Source: an uncultured Bacteroidales bacterium (GTDB taxonomy: Bacteria; Bacteroidota; Bacteroidia; Bacteroidales; DTU049). Taken from it: 60,863 nt of DNA. The position numbers and the translations under genes were made by a program. The notes below the pieces were generated by a model. The model was not told where the DNA came from, searched no databases, and saw only the letters and a program-made list of their open reading frames with translations. Location: NCBI GenBank assembly GCA_964526285.1, contig CAZGIW010000001.1, forward strand, positions 1 through 60,863, read 5' to 3'. Positions 23,968 through 31,700 of this stretch are shown here, piece by piece. How positions within the stretch are numbered: position 1 is the stretch's first letter; every line of letters starts with the position of its first letter.

Positions 23968-24444
23968 ATGAAAACATATCTTCTTCTTTTTGGATGTATT
24001 CTGATTTCACTCTCTGTTTTTTCACAACAGACAGTGCCTGCTACCGGCGGTGATGCTTCTGGTGGCAGCGGTTCTGTGAGTTTTACTGTTGGACAAATTG
24101 TTTATTCATCCAACTCCGGAAGCAGCGGCTCAGAAAACCAGGGAGTGCAACAACCATATGAAGTTTCTGTTATTACCAAAACTGATGACTATCCCGAAAT
24201 AATCCTTGACATCGTCGCTTTTCCTAACCCAACCGACGGGCATCTGGTGTTGAACACTGGTTCTCTTTCTCCTGAAAACACGTTCTGCAGATTATCTGAT
24301 TTGAACGGAAAACTACTACAGGAAATTCATCTGACAGACAAAAAAACCAATATTCAAATGTTTCAGTATCCTGCTGGAATTTATTTGTTGCAGGTTTCAG
24401 ATAACCAATCTATTATAAAAGTATTTAAAATAATTAAACATTAA
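23968..24444 (+). CDS. Small T9SS type-A CTD protein
   Basis: Signal peptide, short G/S-rich domain (SVSFTVGQ..QGVQQPYE), then FPNPT...GIYLL...KIIKH CTD. Confidence 0.85.
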   Translation: MKTYLLLFGCILISLSVFSQQTVPATGGDASGGSGSVSFTVGQIVYSSNSGSSGSENQGVQQPYEVSVITKTDDYPEIILDIVAFPNPTDGHLVLNTGSLSPENTFCRLSDLNGKLLQEIHLTDKKTNIQMFQYPAGIYLLQVSDNQSIIKVFKIIKH

Positions 24445-24448
24445 CCAT

Positions 24449-25849
24449 ATGAAAAAAACATTATCCTTCGTCTTTTTATGCATGCTCCTCTTTGCTTCTT
24501 TTGCTCAGACACCACAAAAAATGAGCTATCAGGCCGTTATAAGAGACACTTCCGATCAACTTGCTGTGATGCAAACCATTGGAATGAGAATTAGTGTGCT
24601 TCAGGGTTCACCCTCAGGGACTGCTGTATATGTAGAAACACATACTGCATTTACAAATCAAAACGGACTTGTCACTCTCGAAATTGGCGCTGGCACACCT
24701 GTCAGCGGTGTTTTTGCAAACATTGACTGGACCTCCGGAGTATATTATCTGAAAACAGAAACCGATGTAACGGGTGGAACAAACTATGATGTGGTTTCCA
24801 CAACACAAATGCTCAGTGTTCCATATGCGCTTTATGCTGCTGCATCAGAAGCTCCTTTTAATGTGGGCACAGGCCTTTCTCTCACAGGAAACACAATCAA
24901 CGCACTGACAACCAGCCCATTGTGGAATGCCAACTATATTCAAAATATTCCGGTTGGCTCGACCATGCCAAATTACAATGATGTGCTCATATTCAACGGT
25001 TCTGCATGGGCTCCCGGATCCATTGGCGGAGGAACAGGCACAACCATAAACTGTGGGACTAGTTTCAACACAAATTATACAGTGAGAGGCACAGGAAGCA
25101 GCGGGTGGGAATGTACAAATGCTTTGGTAATTACAAGTTCAGGATATGTTGGAATAGGAACAACAAGTCCTTCTTCATCCTACAATCTCACCATTGGCAC
25201 CAACGGATTTTTGGTCAACGGCAGTACAACAACATCAAATATTTATGGCCGCCTGAGAATTGGCAGCACCTCAAGCACAAGTTATGATTTGCAGGTGGAT
25301 GGTCACACATATATTACCAGCGGACTCAGAGTGGGCACATCTTCTTCTCCGCCTTCAAGTGGAATTATTGCTAGTGGAGAAATCCGAACAAATGCAAACT
25401 TCTATCAGGGAAGCAGTTCAACAGGAACCGGAACAGTGATGGTAAGAACTTCGGGGGGTGAACTCAGACCTCAATCTTCAACAATAAAAGTCAAAGAGAA
25501 CGTTCAGCCATTGTCGTTCAATAAGGCCAACTTGTTTGCTTTACGTCCTGTAACCTACAACCTGAAACCCGCCCTTGGTGGAGGAAGTGAAGTGGGACTC
25601 ATAGCCGAAGAGGTGGAAAAAACAATGCCCCAACTGGTCATTTACGGACCTGCACGCCAGTGGGAAGGTGAAACCGGACTCATTTCCACAGACGAAAATG
25701 GAAACGAAATTCTCATCCCCGGACAGGAAGAACCCTATTCGGTATCATATGATCGCCTGGCAATTTATCTGCTTGAAATTGTGAAAGAGCAGGAACAAAG
25801 AATCAATGAACTGGAAAGGTTGGTTGAGGAAATGAAGGATGAAAAATAG
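24449..25849 (+). CDS. Secreted tail-fibre-like protein with C-terminal peptidase S74-type chaperone
   Basis: N-terminal QTPQKMSYQAVIRD...SVPYALYA domain; VGIGTTSP repeats; STIKVKENV..LRPVTY..GLIAEEVE..VSYDRL plus terminal coiled coil. Confidence 0.8.
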   Translation: MKKTLSFVFLCMLLFASFAQTPQKMSYQAVIRDTSDQLAVMQTIGMRISVLQGSPSGTAVYVETHTAFTNQNGLVTLEIGAGTPVSGVFANIDWTSGVYYLKTETDVTGGTNYDVVSTTQMLSVPYALYAAASEAPFNVGTGLSLTGNTINALTTSPLWNANYIQNIPVGSTMPNYNDVLIFNGSAWAPGSIGGGTGTTINCGTSFNTNYTVRGTGSSGWECTNALVITSSGYVGIGTTSPSSSYNLTIGTNGFLVNGSTTTSNIYGRLRIGSTSSTSYDLQVDGHTYITSGLRVGTSSSPPSSGIIASGEIRTNANFYQGSSSTGTGTVMVRTSGGELRPQSSTIKVKENVQPLSFNKANLFALRPVTYNLKPALGGGSEVGLIAEEVEKTMPQLVIYGPARQWEGETGLISTDENGNEILIPGQEEPYSVSYDRLAIYLLEIVKEQEQRINELERLVEEMKDEK

Positions 25850-25886
25850 AACTCTATTCTGATTTGGCTGATTTTTTCCCTTAACA

Positions 25887-26369
25887 TTACAACTGTTTCA
25901 GCATCCAGATTGTGCACCCAAAGTGCCCTGAATTACCCATGGGGTGAGTGAGTCGTTCAAATCCCTGCTTTTCATACATCCCCACAGCTTTTTCAAACTG
26001 AGGCATGCTTTCAATGTAAATCTGATCATACCCATTGTGTTTGGCCCATTCAATGCATTGTTGCATCAGTGCCTGTCCTGCTCCTTTTCCTCTGGCCTTC
26101 CGGGCAATATAAAATTTTACAAGTTCAGCACAACCGTCAGGTAAACCCAAAGTTGGAAAAATTCCGCAACATCCCACAGGCACATTGTTCATCATGGCCA
26201 CCCACAACACAGATTTTGGAGTTTGAAACAAAGCAAACAAATCATCTGTTGTTGGGTCAGAGTAGACTGTTCCTTCATGTGGTGCATCAAATTCATCAAA
26301 CACCTGCCGGATGATTCGGGCAAGTTTTGCATTATCCTCGATCACAACCTGGCGTATGCATAAGTCCAT
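25887..26369 (-). CDS. GNAT family N-acetyltransferase
   Basis: VGCCGI, ELVKFYI, ARGKGAG acetyl-CoA motif, MYEKQGF, GHFGC; start downstream of TATTTTTG (26374-26381). Confidence 0.92.
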   Translation of the reverse strand: MDLCIRQVVIEDNAKLARIIRQVFDEFDAPHEGTVYSDPTTDDLFALFQTPKSVLWVAMMNNVPVGCCGIFPTLGLPDGCAELVKFYIARKARGKGAGQALMQQCIEWAKHNGYDQIYIESMPQFEKAVGMYEKQGFERLTHPMGNSGHFGCTIWMLKQL

Positions 26370-26470
26370 AGTGCAAAAATACAACAGATTTGTTACACAC
26401 CAAATCATAAACGAACATTGACCTCATTAGCTTATTGTGATCATTCCCCAGCAAAGTAGTCCACCCATTC

Positions 26471-26572
26471 CAAAGCAATCCATTCTCACAACATAAATCT
26501 CTCAGCATTTTTTCCTGCTTAGCGATAAATAGTTTTTTCCAACTGAGTGTTGGAGATTTTTGACTATTTTTG
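26471..26572 (+). repeat. ~102-bp non-coding direct repeat, copy 1
   Basis: 56 of the first 62 nt and 21 of the last 23 nt match 27652-27754. Confidence 0.9.
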
Positions 26573-26670
26573 TTGAGGTAGAATAATAAATATTATCATT
26601 GAAAAATTGTTATTATCAGAGAAAACTGCATCCACTGAAAAATTGAAGTTTAAAAACACATAATAATTTA

Positions 26671-27639
26671 ATGAAGGAAATAGAAATATATAAAGCCAAC
26701 GATTTAAAAATCGAAGTTCGCGTTCAGTTTGAAAAAGACACCGTTTTTCTATCCCAAAAGCAAATGGCGGAGCTTTTCGATAAGGATACTGACACCATTG
26801 GCTTACATTTAAAAAATATTTTTTTGGAAGAAGAACTTGATGAAGATTCAACTACCGAGTTTTTCTCGGTAGTTCAAAAAGAAGGAAATCGCAAGGTAAA
26901 AAGGAATATTAAGTTTTATAACCTTGATGCAATCATATCTGTTGGTTATCGTGTAAATTCCAAAAGAGGAACCCAATTTCGACAGTGGGCTACCCTAAGG
27001 CTTAAGGACTACCTTGTAAAAGGGTATGCAATAAACGAAAAGCGATTGGCAGAAAACCAGCAACAGGTGGAATATTTGAAAACCGGAATTCGTATTTTGA
27101 GTCGTGCTATCACAGAGCAAACCACAGTTGAAGATAGTAATATGTTGCAGTTGTTTGCTAAAGGGCTTGAATTGCTTGATGATTATGATCATGAAAACCT
27201 TGATGCGAAAGGAAAAACCACCGATAAAACATATTATCCTGTGGAACAGGAGTATTTGGAAGTGATTTCCAATATGAAATCAGGGATTGAATCAGATGTT
27301 TTTGCCAAACCAAAAGATAAAGGATTTAAAGGTTCAATAATGCAAATTGAACAAAGTTTCAATGGAAAAGAACTTTATGAATCGATAGAGGAAAAAGCAG
27401 CAATGCTTTTATATCTCATTGTAAAAAACCACTCTTTTGTAGATGGCAACAAACGCATAGGAGCAGCATGCTTCTTGTATTTCTTAAACAAAAATGGCCT
27501 CCTTTTTACAGAAAATAATAATCCATTGCTAAGCAGCGAAGCACTGGCTGCACTGACATTGTTTGTAGCCACAAGCAAACCAGACGAAATGAAAATAGTG
27601 AAGCGACTGATTATAAGTATATTAAACAGGAGCAGATGA
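26671..27639 (+). CDS. RhuM-Fic/Doc fusion protein
   Basis: RhuM N-domain (LSQKQMAELF, YNLDAIISVGYRVNSKRGTQFRQWA) plus Doc-type motif HSFVDGNKR. Confidence 0.92.
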   Translation: MKEIEIYKANDLKIEVRVQFEKDTVFLSQKQMAELFDKDTDTIGLHLKNIFLEEELDEDSTTEFFSVVQKEGNRKVKRNIKFYNLDAIISVGYRVNSKRGTQFRQWATLRLKDYLVKGYAINEKRLAENQQQVEYLKTGIRILSRAITEQTTVEDSNMLQLFAKGLELLDDYDHENLDAKGKTTDKTYYPVEQEYLEVISNMKSGIESDVFAKPKDKGFKGSIMQIEQSFNGKELYESIEEKAAMLLYLIVKNHSFVDGNKRIGAACFLYFLNKNGLLFTENNNPLLSSEALAALTLFVATSKPDEMKIVKRLIISILNRSR

Positions 27640-27651
27640 AGACTAGCAAAG

Positions 27652-27754
27652 CAAAGCAATCCATTCTCACAGCATGGATCTCTCTGCATTTTTTCCTGCC
27701 TGGCGATAAATAGCATTTCATAAACGCTTTTTTGAAGATTTTTGATTATTTTTG
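27652..27754 (+). repeat. ~103-bp non-coding direct repeat, copy 2
   Basis: Matches 26471-26572; starts 12 nt after the Fic gene stop. Confidence 0.9.
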
Positions 27755-28146
27755 AATCAGCTGAGTTGCAGGAAAGTACAACAGTTTCCAATATGGAAAT
27801 AGTTCAAACAGAAGGCCAGCGTGAAGTTATATGGATTGTTGATTTTTATAGGCTGGAAGTAGTTCTTGCTGTAGGCTATCGTGTAAACTCTTCTCAGGCA
27901 ACACAATTCAGGAAATGGGCTACACAAACTTTGAATGATTTTATCATCAAGGGGTTTGTTCTGGATGATGAGCGATTAAAGCAAGGGAAACACTTTGGAC
28001 AGGATTATTTTGATGAATTGTTGGAGCGTATACGTGAGATCAGAGCCAGTGAACGGAGGTTTTACCAAAAAATCACAGATTTGTATGCACTCAGCACCGA
28101 CTATGCCAAGGAAAGCAAAAGCACTTTGAATGCCCTTTTCAGATGA
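27748..28146 (+). pseudogene. RhuM-family gene fragment truncated at both ends
   Basis: IFESAEL..AVGYRVNSSQATQFRKWAT..KGFVLDDERLK..ERIREIRASERRFYQKITDLYA; lacks the N-terminus and the C-terminal half of typical RhuM. Confidence 0.85.
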
Positions 28147-28155
28147 ATATCTTAA

Positions 28156-28407
28156 GAAAACCGCGTTGGAATATTTTCCAAACGTTATATAGTGAATGGA
28201 ATGCTTGAAAAATTTATGGCCTTTGACCTTGTTTTTGGTGAGTATTTTGGAGAATTTACATACTCAATTCACAATCGTGAGTTGACAACAGACTTTATGA
28301 TTTATCCTGGCGGATATGGTTACAAATTTTATTTCAAATGGGAAAAGCGATCAGGTTCATCAGTGATAACAGAATTTTCTGTTTTGAAACCAGAAAGTTA
28401 TATGTAA
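28156..28407 (+). pseudogene. Probable C-terminal remnant or small hypothetical ORF
   Basis: Frame open from 28156 to TAA 28407 (ORF track GTG at 28192); no recognisable motif. Confidence 0.35.
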
Positions 28408-28419
28408 AAAATAATTCAC

Positions 28420-28427
28420 TATCTTTG
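28420..28427 (+). promoter_or_regulatory. Bacteroidota -7 promoter element
   Basis: TATCTTTG, implying a TSS near 28433, where the repeated motif begins; no clear -33 box. Confidence 0.55.
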
Positions 28428-28432
28428 CAAAA

Positions 28433-28525
28433 GCATTAAGAGATTCTCCGGGAAGGGGAACAGCAACCGGGACAGAACACCACGGTGCTAAAATAATGTG
28501 CAGCTACAGCTGAAAAAAAGTTCTG
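28433..28525 (+). ncRNA. Candidate structured RNA motif, copy 1 (unassigned)
   Basis: Shares GGAAGGGGAA, a 24-nt identical core CAACCGGGACAGAACACCACGGTG, ATGTG and AAAAAAAGTTC with copy 2; three hairpins and a possible pseudoknot. Confidence 0.6.
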
Positions 28526-28649
28526 CAATTTGTCATCACCTCTTCCCTGTGTTTCTCCTCATGTGGAATTATTGTTTAACAGTAAATTATTTCACAATGG
28601 AAATAGAGTATTAATTAAAAAAAGGAGGTCATTAACAAATCATTCAAAT

Positions 28650-28741
28650 GCATCAGGAGTTTCCTCATTGGAAGGGGAATGCCAACCGGGACAGAACACC
28701 ACGGTGGAAAAAAGATGTGAGCGTAAGGCTAAAAAAAGTTC
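28650..28741 (+). ncRNA. Candidate structured RNA motif, copy 2 (unassigned)
   Basis: Core offset 219 bp from copy 1; compensatory G-C to C-G change at the base of the central stem. Confidence 0.6.
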
Positions 28742-28806
28742 AAAATACCTCATTTTGCTCGCATCAGTTAATAATTAAGTTTTAAAAAAAATTAAAAAAA
28801 CGCAAA

Positions 28807-29568
28807 ATGAAAACAAATCAAAATCAATTAAACGAGCCACAGGCTTATGAAATGACAAATTCAAAAAATCAAACCTTTGTTAAATGGGCAAAACCACTAA
28901 ACTCAAAAGAAGAAATACGCGCATGCCTGAATAATGACCATCGGCTTTTTATGCCGGTTCTAGCTTTGCAGCTGCCTCAAGAGGAACCGATTATTCTTAA
29001 ACATCGTTATCCTTTTCATTTGTGTGTTTTACACATAAATAATAAGGGAGTTATTTACAACACAACGCAGATTCGTTCTGAAAAAGAAACACCACTCAAC
29101 GAAATTTCTTCTCTGATGTTGATTGTGCCTGAAGATTTTTGTGTCTTGTATGGCGTTTCAGCAGACAAATCATTAATACGGTTAATTCAGGGCAACGATT
29201 TCACGAAAACAGGCCAAATCAAACCGGGCGGAATTGTGAGAAGCATGGGCGCTGAAGAAATAGCACAAATCATAATTGCCGACAAAGAAGGTGATGGTTT
29301 GAGAAGTAAACTGCCCTGGATTTATGTTTGGTATCATAATCTTTTGTTTGTAGTTGAAAGAATAAGCTTTCCTTCAGTTGCAGCCAGCAGTCCCATGAGT
29401 GAAGAAATTTGCAGAGTGGTTGAATTACTGAGTAAACAAGGTATTGATTCAATATTTCGCGAAGCAGTATATCCCAGAATTTTTTTCGGCAAGCATGAAG
29501 AAATAACAACCTCATGGACGTGGTGGGGCATGGAAAACAGGTTAAAGTTTGTGAGGCAACTTGTTTAA
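28807..29568 (+). CDS. Hypothetical cytoplasmic protein (253 aa)
   Basis: Long ORF with A-rich Bacteroidota-type initiation region; no signal peptide, TM or recognisable motif. Confidence 0.7.
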   Translation: MKTNQNQLNEPQAYEMTNSKNQTFVKWAKPLNSKEEIRACLNNDHRLFMPVLALQLPQEEPIILKHRYPFHLCVLHINNKGVIYNTTQIRSEKETPLNEISSLMLIVPEDFCVLYGVSADKSLIRLIQGNDFTKTGQIKPGGIVRSMGAEEIAQIIIADKEGDGLRSKLPWIYVWYHNLLFVVERISFPSVAASSPMSEEICRVVELLSKQGIDSIFREAVYPRIFFGKHEEITTSWTWWGMENRLKFVRQLV

Positions 29569-29584
29569 GATTCGTTGAAAACTT

Positions 29585-29657
29585 TGTTCCCCGAAGCTTT
29601 AGCGTAGGGGAACACATTCTCATTTTTCATTCCCCGAAATCCGAAGGATAAAGGGGA
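29585..29657. repeat. Two REP-like imperfect hairpins
   Basis: TGTTCCCC-GAAGCTTTAGCGTA-GGGGAACA (29585-29614) and TCCCC-GAAATCCGAAGGATAAA-GGGGA (29631-29657). Confidence 0.7.
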
Positions 29658-30025
29658 CACTGTTTCTCATTCTGTTCCTCTCTGAGGTTATTAATCATTG
29701 TATAAAGCATTCGGGACAACTCATCTGCCAGAGATTCAACACAATCATACTCTCCACTGGAAATAATATGTTCGTCCATTAAAACATCAGCTACTGCAAC
29801 GCATTCAAAAACAGAACTGCGTGCAATAGTAAAGAAGTTTTTCCTGTCAGCTTTTGAAAATCTTCCTGAACCCTCAGCAATATTCAGTATTATGCTGAAA
29901 GAAGAACGTGAAAATTGATCGTTGTAGTTACCTTTAACATTGTTTTTTGCAATAATAGCTCTTGTTTGTGCATGAAAAAGTTTTGCTTATTTATACACTT
30001 CAAGCTTTTGAAAGTCAAATTTCAT
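29627..30025 (-). pseudogene. Four-helix-bundle / 23S rRNA intervening-sequence protein (IVP) family, nonsense-disrupted
   Basis: Manual translation MKFDFQKLEVYK*AKLF...DQFSRSSFSIILNIAEGSGRFSKADRKNFFTIARSSVFEC; in-frame TAA at 29987-29989; absent from the ORF track. Confidence 0.88.
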
Positions 30026-30105
30026 ATTAATAGTAGTTTAAAGAAAATAAATTTGAAAAAGAATGAAATCGCCTTCATCCTTCTGATTACGAATAAAGGA
30101 TTATT

Positions 30106-30217
30106 CAGAATGAGTATGAGAATCAGAATGAAGTAAAACAAAATGAGAAACGCCATTTGAATTTTCCCTCTCTCATCATCCAACAAAACTCATTCTCATT
30201 CTGTTTCTCATTCTGTT
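30106..30217. repeat. GAATGA/TCATTC short-unit repeats in inverted arrangement
   Basis: CAGAATGAGTATGAGAATCAGAATGA opposite TCATTCTCATTCTGTTTCTCATTCTG; the 17-mer at 30201-30217 is identical to 29660-29676. Confidence 0.75.
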
Positions 30218-30222
30218 TTTTG

Positions 30223-30296
30223 CTCCCCCTCTTGGACTTGAACCAAGGACCCTCTGATTAACAGTCAGATGCTCTAACCAACTGAGCTAAGGAGGA
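30223..30296 (-). tRNA. tRNA-Asn(GUU)
   Basis: Reverse complement TCCTCCTTAGCTCAGTTGGTTAGAGCATCTGACTGTTAATCAGAGGGTCCTTGGTTCAAGTCCAAGAGGGGGAG folds as a cloverleaf; TAATTTTG box about 45 nt upstream. Confidence 0.97.
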
Positions 30297-30401
30297 GTTT
30301 ATATGCGTCAATAACATGATGTCATGTTATTATCGGACTGCAAAATTAATATATTTTTTAAAATACATGCACTTTTTTTTAAAAAAGAATTTTTAAAAAC
30401 A

Positions 30402-31604
30402 TTATTCAACATACTTTCCATAGTCATATACGATATAACCGGCCTGATTCACCGGCGTTTCCGTCCCTTTGGCTATGTATATCTTCCTTTTGCAGGGAAG
30501 AAAAACCACACTCTGCACTGTGCCTTTGTTGGCAACACTTGACCAGTCGAACAAATTGCCATCAAAACCGGACATAACATCCAAAACATCATTGATCTGG
30601 ATGTTATTTCTTTGTTCAAAAAAATTCTGCAAATCTGTATATCTGCGTTCACTGAATTCAAATGGAGGACTTAAATTCAACATGGTTTCGCTAACAAAAT
30701 GATTTGTCGCCACTGAAAATTCTGTTCCTTCTACTGCAACAACTGTATCCGGAGTAATTTCAAACACCACAGTTTTGTTTTCTCTGCACGATGAAACCAT
30801 CAGATTGTTGCCAATGGTACGCTGGTGAGAGTTTAGTATTCTTTCTACATCACTTACTTTAGCCGACTTCTCAATTATTATTCTGTATAAAATACCCGAT
30901 GGAATTCCGGTTTTGTTTTCGTTGACCCTGGCAGTATGACTACTGAGGGTAATCCCTCTGTAATTGGTTGATGTCAAAGCCCCAATGTATCCGGGAAAAC
31001 CTACAGAAATAAACTTTTGTTTTCTATAGTGAAACACCACATTCTTGTCTGATAAAACATCAATGGGATAATCGAGATTGCGGGCATGAAACAGTGTGTT
31101 GTTCTTTTTGCAAACTGCAGCCGAAATGCTTGAGCACGAAGTAAGATGCAACAAATCATCATAGGTGTTGAACAACAGAATATCATCATAACCAACACCC
31201 GATCCTTCTGCAACGCCCTTCATTTCTTCTCTGAAAATTTTTGGAATATGTTTCTCCATTTCTCTGGCCTGTGATAAACTCCACATATATTTGTAATGTC
31301 CCTCAAATGTTGTAGTATCATACACTACCTCATACATAATTCTCACATTCTCCTGTATCAGTTGGCTCAACATTGTGCCATGCTGAAATCCTGCATCGTA
31401 GCCACTACCAGCAATATATATCATTGGAATGGTTTCCAGAAACTGAATTTCATCTGTATTGACATTATCCCAGATGTTTATTTCCGCTTTAATCTGATTA
31501 AAAGGAGGGTTGTTGTTTTGCTTACAGGATGATAAACTATATAAACACAGAAAAAGAATATATGCAAAATGTTTTCTCTGCTTCAGCAAAATCTCTTTAC
31601 TCAT
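30402..31604 (-). CDS. C45 family autoproteolytic acyltransferase/hydrolase, probable lipoprotein
   Basis: GFQHG, EEMKGVAEG, SCSSISA (Ntn Cys), HARNLDY and ATNHF motifs; lipobox-like LSSC. Confidence 0.85.
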   Translation of the reverse strand: MSKEILLKQRKHFAYILFLCLYSLSSCKQNNNPPFNQIKAEINIWDNVNTDEIQFLETIPMIYIAGSGYDAGFQHGTMLSQLIQENVRIMYEVVYDTTTFEGHYKYMWSLSQAREMEKHIPKIFREEMKGVAEGSGVGYDDILLFNTYDDLLHLTSCSSISAAVCKKNNTLFHARNLDYPIDVLSDKNVVFHYRKQKFISVGFPGYIGALTSTNYRGITLSSHTARVNENKTGIPSGILYRIIIEKSAKVSDVERILNSHQRTIGNNLMVSSCRENKTVVFEITPDTVVAVEGTEFSVATNHFVSETMLNLSPPFEFSERRYTDLQNFFEQRNNIQINDVLDVMSGFDGNLFDWSSVANKGTVQSVVFLPCKRKIYIAKGTETPVNQAGYIVYDYGKYVE

Positions 31605-31700
31605 TTTCAAACCTTTTATTTTGACTGCAAACTTAGAAAAATTCAATAAAAGCCTGTCATTATGCCTGAACTTTTTTTTATCTTTGCAATAAAAAAACCA

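Noticed and set aside
24449-25849. Prophage tail gene
   Set aside because: It has a Sec signal peptide and a T9SS partner, and no other phage genes are nearby
26400-26480. att site duplicating the tRNA-Asn 3' end
   Set aside because: No recognisable copy of the tRNA 3' sequence found by eye at the left boundary
26582-26618. Fur-box-like TATTATCA repeats upstream of the RhuM-Fic gene
   Set aside because: Poor palindromic symmetry in very AT-rich DNA; may be chance
28451-28706. Cobalamin, c-di-GMP-I or SAM-II riboswitch identity for the tandem motif
   Set aside because: Only short words are shared (AAGGGGAA, CCGGGACAG, GGGAC..CCACGG). It lacks the cobalamin T-loop and B12 box, the GEMM GNRA/receptor pair and the SAM-II U-rich loop. 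A cmscan would be decisive.
28464-28706. CRISPR array
   Set aside because: Only two copies, a 219-bp period and no cas genes in the window
28530-28785. Coding explanation for the motif (82-aa ORF at 28530; 45-aa ORF from ATG 28648)
   Set aside because: Copy 1 has stops and an indel in the equivalent frame, and the differences preserve base pairs rather than codons
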